NCBI GenBank assembly: GCA_977018835.1
Contig: OZ361256.1
Location: forward strand, 5,952,001-6,016,000
Length of the DNA: 64,000 nucleotides
Direction: 5' to 3'
From: Minutocellus sp. GHC0000111
Lineage: Eukaryota
Shown: piece after piece, positions 13,210-26,000 of the stretch
How the letters are laid out: each line of letters starts with the position of its first letter
Position numbering within the stretch: position 1 is the stretch's first letter
Program-made: the position numbers and the translations under genes
The notes under the pieces: model-generated
What the model saw: only the letters and a program-made list of their open reading frames with translations
Database searches by the model: none
What the model was told of the DNA's origin: nothing

Positions 13210-13521
13210 TTTATTATGCCCGATGCATTGGGATGCACAGAGACATAAAGCATAAATCACACGCGCAAAATAGATGTATAGTGGAAAGATCAGAAGTCAT
13301 ATTATTATTTTAGAATTTATCATTGCTATTCAATCTCAAGACAAGGTTACATCTGCAGAGACAGATTGATGGGACCAAAATTGAACGGATTGCAACGCAG
13401 CTCATTGTGGAGACATGCATAGTTGTTTACAAAATGATTAGATCTTTGATTCACCCACGATCCTCCTAAGTCGACCTTGATCTCTCAAGGACAACAAATT
13501 CTTCGAATCGATCGACTAGTG

Positions 13522-14372
13522 CTATAGCTCCCCACACTCGACAATTCGCACAGGCATACGAGGCTTGTTTTGATTACCGCTGACTGGTACCGCTTCACAC
13601 TTGCGCACTGTCAACATTGACTCAGCATCTAATACGCGCCCGAACACACAGTGCTTCCCATCGAGCCAGTCTGTCGCTTTGCACGTGATGAAGAACTGAC
13701 AACCATTTGAATTCGGGCCAGAATTGGCACAACTTAGCATTCCTGGCCCATCGTGTTTATGCACAAAGTTCTCGTCTTTGAAACTAGGTCCATAGATCGA
13801 GACCTTGCCGCTGCCATCGTGGTTAATGAAATCGCCTCCTTGAATCATCTATGCGTTTTGGAAAAGATGATGCATTAGTGTGATGAGCTCAAAACACATG
13901 ATTTGATTTGAAAGAAACATACAAGGTCAAGTCTACTAAATTGCAATGCAGCAAACACAAAACAATTCCTACTTACAAAGTCTTTGATAATCCGATGAAA
14001 GATCGACCCTTTGTATCCAGTCGGTTGCTGATTGAATTGCGAGGAAGTAAATTCGCCGGTGCAGAATTGTCGGAAGTTTTCACATGTTTTGGGGCACTGC
14101 GTAGGGGAGGATAGACGATGGCGACGTAAAATGAGCACAACATGTGGTGGAATACAAATGTTGGCCAATGATCATCATTTCATAATCAAACTCACATCCT
14201 TGACGAACAGCTCCAGCTTGATCCGTCCCAAGGGACTGCCTCCAGACTTGTCCTCCTTTCCACCGCCCAACACCACATCCAGGAAAACCACGGCGTTCCC
14301 CCTGTTGATTGCCTCCATGACAGCTGGGTCCGGGCCCTGCTGCAGAGACGAAGCTGCACCGGTGCTTGTCAT
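13522..14372 (-). CDS. PPIH: Cyclophilin-type PPIase, cyclophilin H-like (3 exons)
   Basis: VFLDV...GRIKLELF | [15 protein letters not shown]...[14 protein letters not shown] | MIQGGDF...[18 protein letters not shown]...[12 protein letters not shown], with two GT-AG introns. Confidence 0.9.
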
Positions 14373-14617
14373 GTCGGAAAAGTTGAGCGAAGATGCAGCT
14401 GGTAACCGGGCTTCTAGCTAGGAAAAGGATTGAATATCATAATATGAACCATACCGATACCACCGCCGCGCCACCCCTGTAGCAGGAAGGTCCGTCATCG
14501 ACCGTTTCGTTGGCGGTTGCGGGAAGCGTGGTCCCGCCCCCATCGCGCATCTGCCAGTCAGACGGAGATGGCACAAAAGAGATCGAACGAGAACGGCGCG
14601 GTATCGGCCACAAATTC

Positions 14618-15654
14618 ATGTTTCGAGCCACACTGAGAGCCATGGTCAAGGTCGGAGATCGCATCCCCGCAGTCAACCTGCACGAGGGCTTTGGCCCGCC
14701 CAAGATGGTTTCCTTGTCGGAATTTACCAAGGGCCGCAAGACCGTCATCGTCGGACTTCCCGGCGCCTTCACCCCCACCTGATCCACAACTCAGGTTCCC
14801 GGCTTCATTGAGAATCAAGACGCTCTCAAGGCCGCCGGGGTTGACGAGGTACTCGTGTACTGCGTCAACGGTGAGTTTATTGGTTTTCTTTGGACGGTAG
14901 TTGGGCTTGACATGGTCAGCGAGTAATGCGCGGTCTCCACTTCAGGAAAGGAAGATTTGATGCGTCGGCGAAGTTGTTTGCGGCTTGTAGATTCGGACAA
15001 ATAAGTGACACCTTGGACAACTTTCGCCCTGCCACCACATGCATGCAATTCAAAATGAAATCGTGGGTCTATCAGATAAATAAAACACGATTGTATGTTT
15101 CAACTTTCCTTCTCACACCAAATGTTTGCCATAATGAATTTCTCGCCCTAATTCCAATCATTTTCGATTATCTGCACCAACTCTCTTCTTTTTTTGCTTG
15201 TTTCGTGCAGACGGAGCCGTCATGAAGGCTTGGGGCAAGGACCAAAAGATTGAGGGAACCAACATCCGCTTCATGGGCGACCCTGCCGCCGAGCTCACCA
15301 AGAAGCTCGATATGGAGATGACCCACCCTGGACCAGCTTCCGTCGGTATCATCGGCCGCTGCAAGCGTCATGCCATGATCGTCGACGACGGTGAGGTGAA
15401 GTGGTTCGCCATCTCCGAGGACGACGACGACCCGGCGGGTGATGGTGAGTTTGTTGTCAGAACTACCGTTCCGACTTTTTCACTCGTGTTGTGCTCGTTT
15501 TTTTAATAGATTTACCCTCGTCGTTTTCTTCGTTTGACAACATCTGCCATCCCTGGAACTTTTGACTCACATTTTTATACCACTTCATTCGCCAATAGAT
15601 GATCCGGAGGACACCTGCGCTCCTGCCGTCCTCGAGGCTCTCAAGGGCCTCTAA
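14618..15654 (+). CDS. Type II (Prx5-like) peroxiredoxin with selenocysteine; exons 14618/14642-14870, 15211-15444, 15599-15654
   Basis: GLPGAFTPT-TGA-STTQVPGF: the TGA (14780-14782) occupies the peroxidatic Cys position and the frame continues through YCVND, FMGDP and GRCKR. Canonical introns; SECIS-like hairpin downstream. Confidence 0.92.
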
Positions 15655-15727
15655 GTTGGACTGCCTGCTGCTGATTTTGCTATTGATTGTTGGATGGATA
15701 ATGCATTATTCTCGCGAATCTCGACTT

Positions 15728-15791
15728 CTTCGGTAGTAATGACGTTCCCTCATGACTTATTCAAGCATGTGAGGGGACTGAAGATATGAAG
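15728..15791 (+). promoter_or_regulatory. Putative SECIS element (form 2-like) in the peroxiredoxin 3'UTR
   Basis: ATGA core at 15739-15742; helix GTTCCCTCA (15744-15752) pairs with TGAGGGGAC (15770-15778); TGAA 3' core; apical mini-stem CTT/AAG; lower helix CTTCG/TGAAG. Confidence 0.75.
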
Positions 15792-16699
15792 CATCTGGGG
15801 AAGCTGGCATCACCTGTAGCCGGATGATGGAAACCTGTGCCGTCTGCGTCTTGGACGGAACGAGGGCTTTCCCTCACCTTTTTTGGACCGAAGATGAAGA
15901 GAGTTTGCGAGCGCCGCACGATGAGCGATGAACGTGTTTCCGATGATACTCGCACATCAGCAGCCACCAATTGTGAACAAAATGCTGTAATAAACTTACC
16001 AGTATTTAGATAAAGATCTACATACATGCAGTCTGGCATTCTTCTCCATCGTTGTATCGTCCGTTGCTACATGTACAGTACAGGTGGATTCGTAGATTCA
16101 ATCATTCTAGCTAGGAACTGTCGCGATCGCGATCGCTTGCGCTGCAAAGAAACCCGGAAAATGAAACGACACGCATGCTCATTTTCCAACCCGAGGAACA
16201 ATGGCCGCGAGGCGACACGAGCCCAATTTCCAAGCACCCGAGGAACAATGACAAGAATCCAACCCCTCTCAATTACTTTGCTCTCCCCGCTGTTGCTAGC
16301 GGCGAGCAGTGTCCTGGCTTTTCAGCCGGCGATTAGTAAGGTGACATCTTCTTCGACTCTCATGTTGTCCAATCGACGGCGCGGCGCAACTAACTGGAGA
16401 GATGTGTCTCTGATGCTACCGTCGATGACTCATCGGCCGATGGCGATGGCTTGATCGACTTCCCACCTCCGCTCACCGGTCTTCAGCGGACGAAGCGTGC
16501 TATCGAATTCTACAAGCGTGCTCTCCCTGTGCTGGCGGCACATGCAAGGCAAAAAGGAAAAATCGAACTTAAGCTGTGAGACCGACCTGCTGCCAGTGAA
16601 GAAGAGGAGCAAAAGACATGGGCCGATTTGGACGAATGGGGCTCAACAACAATTGCGGAGACCATCGCAGACATGAAGGGGTTGGTCTACACACACAGC

Positions 16700-19600
16700 A
16701 GCAGCAGAGCGCCAGGGAAAAAATGCAGCTAACTGGCGTTTGTCTAACTAACCCTGCTACTAATTTGTGCGCTAATGAAATGACTTTTACTTCGAACAAC
16801 CGCATCAGAAAGAAACATTTCACGAAATTGTTCTGCGAACGACACCTTCACAGAAAGTCACAAATCACAACACTTGGCAGTCCGAGCTACTTTGTAGTGC
16901 TGCGCATATTCTTCACAGTCCACTCAACTTCTTGCTTTTATTCGGTGGATTTTGTTTTGACAGATTCAGTCTGGCTGTCGTCCGTCATGCTGCACCTTTT
17001 CCGCTTTCGCTGATGCACGCCGACCGTCCATCACATATCAACTCGTTGATACTGCCTTGCATCATCGCCATGATGTAGTTGCGTGGTATTGTATCTCTCG
17101 CCCTCCGCCGCCTCTGGCGGCATGGCTGGCGCCTTTTGGCGCGCGCGCGAAAGCATTTTCCCACACGTCACGCCAGAAACAATGTGACGTGGCCGATTTC
17201 GCTGTTTGATTTTTTTTGGCCGAGCCGACGCCGCTCTGCGGAGCAACGATGATCGATCATTCTCGCTACTGCCATTGATGGTATACCGCCTGCCTGGTCA
17301 CCCATCCACCCATCGGATCGCAACGCAACCCTATCGCCTTTATCGGACCATCCGTCGGCGCTGCCATCATCCCGCCCGTCCAGAAGGGCTGCTCGATATT
17401 AGCAGCAGTCGTCGGCCACCAAATCCAAATCCAATCCGGGGGATCATTTCAAAGTAGACCGTCTCCAGTCTGCTCAATCCAATCAAACTCCCAGCACCCA
17501 GTGCACTCAACAACGAGCTCGCCTTCTACTGCCACCATCACCTGTAACCCCTGTAGTGCTCACCGTCATCATGTGGTCCAGCGGCCGGTCGAAGTTGAAG
17601 AGGATCCGTCGGTCGGCCAACCGCGGTGCCGACGCATCGGCCCGCCACGCCAATACTGGCTGCCCTGGTTTCCTTTCTGCCGATCCGCCCACGGGAGCCC
17701 GGAAGAAGAGCAAATCGGTCGTCGGCCCCGATGGCATCGGTACCGACGGTGGTGTTGCCGACGGCGGCAACAAGGACCCGGCCCCGCCGGCGAAAGTGAG
17801 CGCTGACGGCACCAACGATGATGCAATGGAGGTTGATGCCATTGTTGCTGCTGTCGGCGTACGGTTCCTTGGGCAGATGGCAAGGGCAATCAAAACGATT
17901 GAGGCCGAACGCGACCCTGTGGACGTTGCTACAGAAGCAGAGCGACGAGATGCCCTCGTCCGCCAAATTGAGGTCACGACTGAACGCGTTGAACGCGACG
18001 AAATGATGACTGCCGAGGAGAAGAGGGCCACCGCGTCGGCACACTTCACGGCCCTTGTGGAGAGCAATCCCAACGTGAGGGCAATGGTGAGTTTAGCAAA
18101 ATAATAATATTATGCATTGCCTTTCATGTCCAATGTGCATTCATCTTGGTTTATCTAACTGTCCTTTCCTTTCATTCATGCTTTCATTCTATATGTTGTA
18201 CGTGCAGATGGCCACCAGCGCAGTGCCCTCCAAGGCGGCGCCCTCGAAGGCGGCTGCAGCATGGCCGCCAGTCCTCCCCCCTACGTATGCCTCCTCCACG
18301 TCGTCTGGCATGGTCCCTGCCGCGCTCCCGACCCAGCAGGTGTTCCGCCATTTTGACATCAAGATTGGCCAAGGAGGCACCCATCCCTCGGTTGTCCCGA
18401 AGATGAGCAGCTCGATGATACCAAGTTGCCCCCGACTACCTGCTAGCAGCACCACCATGATACCGAGCCTCGGCCTTCATCACCTCAATTCCGACCAGCG
18501 CCGTTGGTCTTCTACTGGCAACGTCCCTTCGTGTGTGCAGAAGAAGCTGGAGGACGAAGCAGCGATGTACGAGAAGGAGAACGAACGTGCCGCAATCGAG
18601 GAAGGCGGTCGGCATGGGACCTTGACGGCGTACAACCATCCCATGAGAGGCAGTGGCCAGGGGGTTATGAAAGCCCTACTTGCGCATCCTCAGTGTGGCC
18701 GGTCTATTGCTGGATGTCTTACTGGGATGGATGCTGTACAGATGCTTCGCGCATGCAAGTGGGATGCGCTAGGCGTCCAGGTTCTTGATAACGTCATTGA
18801 CTCCACCGCCATACGAGAGATGAAGACCAAGGCCGCCAAGGATGCGATCGCCGCGACCGACATCTTGACAGAGGTCCAGCACCAGACCAAGGAGACGGCT
18901 GCCTTTTTGGAGAATATTATGGCACAAATTCGGCCAACGGTCACTTCTTCGGACGGTGATAGCGACGACGACAGCGACGATGACGACGGGGGGTACGGGT
19001 TTGGGAATTGTGATGATGACGAGGATAGCGGAGCTGTGCCGCCATCACCGCCGTCCTCACCTCCGCCCTCTCACAGCCGTCGCGCTCTCGGAGACCTGAC
19101 GAACTCGTCGACCAAGCCTCCCAAGGCCGCTGCCCGCCGCCGCACCGCCGATTCCGAAATATCGAATCAAGATGCCATCATCAATGGTAAGAGGGAGCGT
19201 CGCACGAGATACAGCAACAGCTTTGACGATGATGTTCTCGCAGAGCACGGTTACTACGATCCATCGCAGCCTGAACTCAAGGAAAGTGCCGGCAAAGCTG
19301 TGGACGACTATGACTCCGATGACGAGGAGGATCACTACTCTGATGAGGAGGCCAATTTGAACTTCGATGATGAGGAGGAATACCACTCTGATGAGGAGTT
19401 CGACGCCAATGCCGATGCGGTGGCCAATTTCGATGCTCCCATGAGCACGCGGAAGGTCGAGTCCAGCAAGTACTACCTTACCGAGGATGGTAAAAGAGTA
19501 GACGTGCCCAGTTGCAGCCAACGCAAATCTGACAACCTCAGAACAGTCAACCTTCGTTCATTGATTCCAGACCGTGGAAATTTCGGAGATGGCACGGTAG

Positions 19601-20615
19601 TGGCTGAGACGGACATTGACACCACCCGCTTCGAGTTGCCCGTGATCCAAGCGGCGCATGACATGGCCAATCGTGGAGTTATATCGTTGCAACGAGCAAA
19701 ATCCGGCCATGACTACCTGTTTTCGGATCTGGTACTGGGAGGTCGAGTCGACCCAATCATCGAGGAAAACAAGGACGTCGCGGGTCCTCTACTCGCTTTG
19801 TCTTGCTGTCTTAGAGCCATCGGTGTTCTGAAAGCACGCCTTCAAATCTACTTTGGCGAAGGCAGGACGGACATACACCATGACCATCCATTTGCTACGG
19901 TGCGCCTCCTCATCAAATTGTCCGGCACGATCAAGTGGTACAAGTCGACGTCCAAGATCGATCCTGTTCTTCACGACTCTGTGGGCGACGACGAGGCGCG
20001 CGTTGTCAGCCTTGTTTGCGGCGGCGCAGAGTCCTTTGCGATGGGCAGGCTGTACTATGGCGCACCACCCACCAACGTCAACCCCCACTCGTCAGAGCCT
20101 CGATCTGATGGAGAGCCATCGGTGTCGATCATCTGCCAGCTTCCATCAGGAACGGACAAGGACGAGGCCACTGAGAAGGTGCTGAAGATGCTCACTACGC
20201 TTTTTGATGAAACCACCCTCACCACCCGCCCCGAATTCAAGCGGCAGAGCAGGGACGGTGGAGCTCCATCACAATATTTCCAATCCTCTAGGGGGTCACT
20301 GTGAACTATCTGGCTGTTATCTTGACTACCTCAGCAAGGAGGAGATCAAGAAGTGTAACGACGAGGGCTTCTTTGAGCTTAGCGGCGAGGAGAAAATCCA
20401 GGCGCTGAGGGATGCAGGCAATTGGAATGACAATCCCCAACAGGTTCTGACTTGTGGATGCGGTGTAGATTTTGACACTTTCAATGGCATCAGGATCCAT
20501 GTCGCTCGCTGGTGCAATGAAGAAGGAGTTAAGGGATACTGGAAGAAGTTGGGGGTCAAAGCATTCTCTGGCGAAGAGAAGTATCAGCACCTGCTCAAGT
20601 AAGCTAAAGTAATTT
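16700..20615 (+). mobile_element. Insertion within the ABC1K gene (unclassified element; ends not resolved)
   Basis: Lies between nearly contiguous ABC1K motifs (MKG... and VISTRVDLF) and carries its own spliced gene. No clear TIR/TSD recognised. Confidence 0.6.
17571..20602 (+). CDS. Insertion-borne protein: coiled-coil/acidic N-terminus, possible 2OG-Fe(II) dioxygenase-like domain, C-terminal CxC..H..C Zn-finger-like motif
   Basis: In-frame intron 18087-18207. LQIYFGEGRTDIHHD...VRLLIKLSG...FAMGR...PHSS...SVSIICQ. Frameshift at a G-run near 20290 links to CGCGVDFDTFNGIRIHVARWC. Confidence 0.55.
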
Positions 20616-23062
20616 CGTTATCTCTACGCGAGTTGACCTCTTTCCTCCCGCGTACACTGACAAATTGGCTCAGCTACAAGATGGTATCGAACCAATGCCT
20701 TTCGAACTCGTTGAAGGGGTCGTACGGCAGGAACTTCTTGATAGCGCCCCTTTGTCGGATTTGTTCCTTAATTTTGACAAAGAACCTCTTGGGGCTGCCA
20801 GTATTGCACAAGTCCACAAGGCTTCGCTACTCGACGGACGTATTGTCGCGGTGAAGCTGCAGCGTCCCAATGTCGAGCCGAAGTTACTAGGCGATGTAGC
20901 AAATCTGAAACGCATCAGCAAGGCCTTGGCGAAGTCTCTTCCCGTGGATTACTACACGGTGTTCTCAGAGCTTGGAGAGGCACTTATCAATGAACTTGAT
21001 TTCCTTTCAGAGGCAAGCGCAATGAGAAAGATTAGCTACGCGGTTAGTCATTGCAACGATGGAACGCCCGCCGACCCACCAGTAACCATTCCACGTCCCA
21101 TCGGCGAGCTTGTCTCCAAGAGGGTGCTCGTGATGGACTTTGTATCAGGAACTCATCTCAATAGGCTTCAAGAGACAATGAAAGAGCGTGGTATCGAGCC
21201 TGGTTCGCCCGAGGCAAAGCTTGCGGGGAGAAGAATTCTCAACAGCTTGTCCTCGGCTTTCGGTGAGCAGATTCTACTCAGAAGCAATACTTTTGCTTTC
21301 ATTTACTTTATGCAACTCACCCTTATGCATCTCCTACATCAAATGAATGACTTCAATCACCTACCAACTCAGGGCGCATGATATTCGGGGCAGGTTTTAT
21401 CCATGGAGTGAGTTTTTACCTGGCTTATGCTCGCTCGGTTTATCTACATCAACACATTTCACCCTCTCATTTTCTCGCCTTTCGTCTCCTCCTTCTTTCC
21501 ATCGTCTCCAATACCTCTACCTCTACCTCTTTATAGGATCCTCACCCAGTAAGTTTAAAAATATGCTTGTATGCTACAACTGCGATGTGTCCGTTACTTA
21601 TTTCCTATGCCAATATGCCGATAATTTGCTTGGTCGGTCTCACGTATCTTCTGCGTTAATTTATTTCTTCAACTCAACTCACATTCCAGGGCAACATATT
21701 CATCGGAGAAGGCGGCAAGGTTGCATTGATTGATTGCGGTCAGTTCAAGGCCCTACCACGCACTCAAAGAGTGCAGCTGGCAAAACTAATCTTGCAGGTG
21801 GACGAATACCAAAAGGCCGAGTGCGTGGATGATGCAAACGAGGCAAAGGCGAAACTTGCAGGTTTGATTAGAGATTTCGGCGTGAAACTTATGCCCGAAC
21901 ACGAGAACGACGATGATCTAGCGGCTGCCGTTGCCTATTCCTTTTGGGGATTCCGATAGACCTTTGCCAGGTGGATACAGCACATCGGAATTGGACGAGA
22001 AATCCCCAATCAACCTGATTGCCTCGTTTCCCCAAGAATTTGTTTTGCTTGGCAGGGCAACAGTTTTACTCAAGGGTATTGCCAAGCGCCTCGATGTTCC
22101 ATTCTCGCTTGCCGAACGTTGGTCCAAGGGATGCAAATTGACAGTAAGTGCGGCATCTGCGCCGCAGCTACCTCTCTGGGGGAAGGATGTGGTGGATGAT
22201 CGTGACTCCGGGGGAACATCATCAGCCTCGAGTAGATCTAGCATGAAGCAATCTCAACAAGGAGGTGGAAGAGCCGCCGACAAGGACAATAAGATCCAAT
22301 TTCGCCAAGTTGCGCGTTTCTTTAAGGCCTGGGGCAAGGGCAAGGCACGTCGCTTCATCGAACGTGTGGTGAAGAAATTGCCAGAAGGCCTGCGGGCCAA
22401 AGTCTTGGAAGCGGAGTTGCGACGGATGGAGAGGGAGGATGCTGCGAAGTAGATCTAGCTAGAGTTTAGCTAGAAGCTATTATTATTATTAATCATTATG
22501 TATGTCTATGCTACATATATATATAGCTAGAGTCAGATTCATGCTCCGGAATCCGGACGACCTACCTGCTGCATCGAGGTTGAGTCGGTGAACTTGGTGG
22601 CGCGCGCGCGCCGGCGCGCGGCGACTTACACTACCAATGACCCATAAATTGGAGAACATCCGAAGCAGCACAAGAAGACATTCGAAATCGGAAGATTTGC
22701 TGGCGTGCGCGCTTTCAGCTCCGTTGAGCCGTTGAGCGCGAGCGTTGGCCGACCTTCCCTCAAAGCAACACTAAGTACTGCAATACTACGTAGTACCTCC
22801 CTTGCGCTTGTATCGTCGATGAAGAGAAAATTACTTACGTCGATTCGGCCGAACCGCTTGAATTTCATCGGTCGGCTCATCTTCTCTTCAATCTGCTTGC
22901 TTCCAAGCGAACACCTGAATCGAATCGGCCGGATCGAATCGAATCATCGGATCGAAGCAGTGAAAAGAAATTCTCTCCTGATTTTAGGATTGCTTCTTTG
23001 GTTTTGACTCTGCTCTTCATCAGTCACTACTCAATAATCACTCATCGCGAACACTCAACATT

Positions 23063-26000
23063 ATGCCACCCTATGGCGAATACAACGGCTATGCTGGTCC
23101 GGCTGGTGGTGGGTATCCACCTCAATATCCTCCGCAGGCAGCGCCCCCCGCCGGATATGCCTATGCGGCGCCTCAGTACGGCATGATGGCTCCACAGCCC
23201 ATGCCAGTCATGCCAGTAATGGCGGCGCCCGCACCTCCTCCTCCGCAGCCAGCTCCTGTCGCATACGCTGTAGCCCCACCCGCCGCTACAATCCCCGTCG
23301 TCTACCAGCAGCAGAAGAAATCCAAGGCGGGAGGTCTCTTTGGCGGTCTCCGAAACAAGTCGGCTGCTGCCTACATTCCAACGCCTGCCCCGGTAGTCGC
23401 CACTGCTCCTTCCCCAGCACCAACCGCAGCAGCTCGTGGCGCAAGTGATCTTCTCAAGTCGACGGAGAACGGCATGGAATCCATCTACGCGTCGACTCCC
23501 GACCAGATCCGCCGGGCGGCCGACTACAACGAGAAGGAATCGCAGCGCCTGCTCACTTCCCTCATGTCGACCAGCAGGGGCAAGAAGGAGATGCAGCAGA
23601 TCACCTCCAAGGCCTACGCCCACGCCAACGAGGCCAAGCGCCTGCAGCGCAAGGCCGAGCTGCTCGATGCCTAGCTCCGACTGCAGAAGGAGGAACGGGA
23701 GCACGACGACCTGGAGCAGCGCCGTCGGATGCGCCAAAGTAGGAACCCGTACGCCGGTTGTGGCGTCGCACCGGGCATCTGTGCCGGCGGTGACGTGGAG
23801 ATGCGCCAGCAGGACAACGGCGATGGCGGTGACTGCAACATGGCCCTTTGCGGAGCCTTTGGTGCTGGCGCTGGCATTGGCGATCAAGACAGCGTCCTCC
23901 TCCACGATGACGGCGACAACGACGTCCGCGGCCAACACGCCAGCCATTATGATGCCAACTCCATCATCCACCACAGACCGGCGTCCATCCAGGTCCGGAC
24001 TTCAGCTCCAACGTACGATATCAAGGAGTACAAGGATGCTGCACCCAGCGACGACAATGGCGGTGAATCCAGCACTCGAGGCCGGTCCAAGAATCGTGGA
24101 GGGCGCGTCATGGGCTTCCTTCGAAGCCGGAGCAAGTCGAGAGATGCATCATCCAAAAAGAGCATCGGCGGCGGAGACGACGACCAGACGAATGGCGAGT
24201 ACACCCATGCTAGCGATGCTGGCTTCTCTGGGGATGGTGCGAATCTTCGCAACCCCGACATTGTCCACAATATTCACAAGGTGGAGGCTGAGATTACCAA
24301 TATCCTTGATCACGAGGACGGCGACAATGCCAATAATTATGATAATGACGACGACGCCGACTCGGCAGGGTATGCCGTTGCCCCATCCAGCCTCAAGGTA
24401 ATCTCCAAGGTCGATGCCGTCCGTCCTCCCAAGGAGCAGCCCAGGAAGATGCGCCCGGGAGATGTCGTCCTCGACCTTTCCGCCATGCTCATCGACGAGG
24501 AGCGCGATCGTGCCGCCGGTAGGAAGCTACCTGGAGAGTCGTCCTTGTCCAAATCCGTCGATATGAAGAAGCGAAGCACCTCGTTCCGAAAGACCATTTC
24601 CCGCTTGACTGGAAAGGGTGGCAAGAGCAAGACGGCTCAAGGCTTCATCGGTACGGACGACAGTGATGACGAGGATCAAATCGAATTCGGCAGTTCACAC
24701 CAGCAAAAGGGCACTACCTCGCCACCTTCTAAGTTGCTGGAGGTTCCCAGTACTTCCAGTAGAGACTGTACAACGGCGAAGCAGATGAAGGGCCAGCAGA
24801 GCGACAAGGATAGGATCGATGCTCTGGAATGGAGAAACCCAGCGCATATGGCCAGGGGTTGGGCCGATGACATGTCTCTTCCGGCCATGTCCCCTCGTCA
24901 TCGCTCGGGATTGGCCTCTCAGTCCTTCAACGGATCTATGGCATCGTGCACCGTCAAGGCCAAATTCGCTCAGGATAGGAAGCTCGTGAATAGCGAGGAG
25001 ATTGCCACAGCCGTGAGGAATGGCAAACTCAGACGTACCGAGCCCAAGTCCAAGCCATCGACCTTGGATCGTCAAAGGTCGAGGAAAGACCAGACGCACG
25101 ACGAGCTTGATGCTGATGCAATCAAGGTGTCCGAGTCCTTCCATGGTTTCGTCGACCAACGTCGGTCGGATATGATGGAGCAGAAGAAGCAGAAGGAACT
25201 ATCTCAGATGAAGGCGTTCTACGATGCTTACGGTGAAGAGGCCTACCGAGAGGTATACGGACCTTATGAACAGCAATTGGGCTATGGATTGTTTTACAAT
25301 GAGCCGGGCCCGCTTGATCAAGATGGCGCAGAGCAATTCAATGGAAACCTACAGGAAGGATCCACGAGCATGGTGTTTGGCAGTCAGTCCAAGAAGAATT
25401 CCCGAAGACAAGCCCGTCACAAGAGGTCGGAGTACTGTCCGATCGGCAGCGAGAAAGATGAAGCGCTCGCTAAGCAGAAAGAGGGACAAGAAGCAGAGCC
25501 AAAACAGTGAATTGCAGAATTCCACATCGTATCATTCCACTGAGCACCATCAGTCTCACCAGGACAACAAGTCAATGCATTCTCGATCTATGGCTTCAAG
25601 GTCGAGGGGAGTTGATTCCAGTACGAAGCAGAGCAGTGCCAATTGAAACAGTGATGGTGCAGCATTCCACTTTGTCCCATCCTCCAATGGACACGCCGGA
25701 TGGTCAAGGACAAGATCAAGAGCAGCAGTGGAACGGACAACCCCAAGCCTTTGTGGAGCCGATCGACACAACAGATGATGCACCGTACTATACCGACACT
25801 CCTTCGCCGATGAATAGCCATCAGCCGAGCTATTTTGATCACAATCAAGCTCAGCAACAGCAGTGGGGAGATGGCATCAACGAATATGGAACTTCGATTC
25901 CTTCACCTACTGCTCCAGCTCAACATCAACCTATCAGAGTTACGGAAAGTCGGCTCGCCCGCCAGAGATCTTCCAATCGGAACAACAAGCAGTCCGTCGA

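Larger units (their letters stand above)
16248..22452 (+). pseudogene. Plastid-targeted ABC1/UbiB atypical kinase, split by a ~3.9 kb insertion and frameshifted
   Basis: 5' part: signal peptide ...SSVLA-FQP, FPPPLTGLQRTKRAIEFY, WADLDEWGSTTIAETIADMKG (to ~16690). Resumes at ~20617 with VISTRVDLFP...LAQLQD, PLGAASIAQVH, VAVKLQRP, ELDF, FIHG|DPHP|GN, LIDCGQ. Introns 21263-21372, 21408-21536, 21549-21689; frameshift near 21940. Confidence 0.85.

Noticed and set aside
16700..20615. Classification of the insert as a Helitron, LTR or TIR element
   Set aside because: No Rep/helicase, RT or transposase motifs and no diagnostic termini found.
22598..22623. (CG)n run as a Z-DNA or regulatory element (also ~17138-17149)
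   Set aside because: Short, with no further support.
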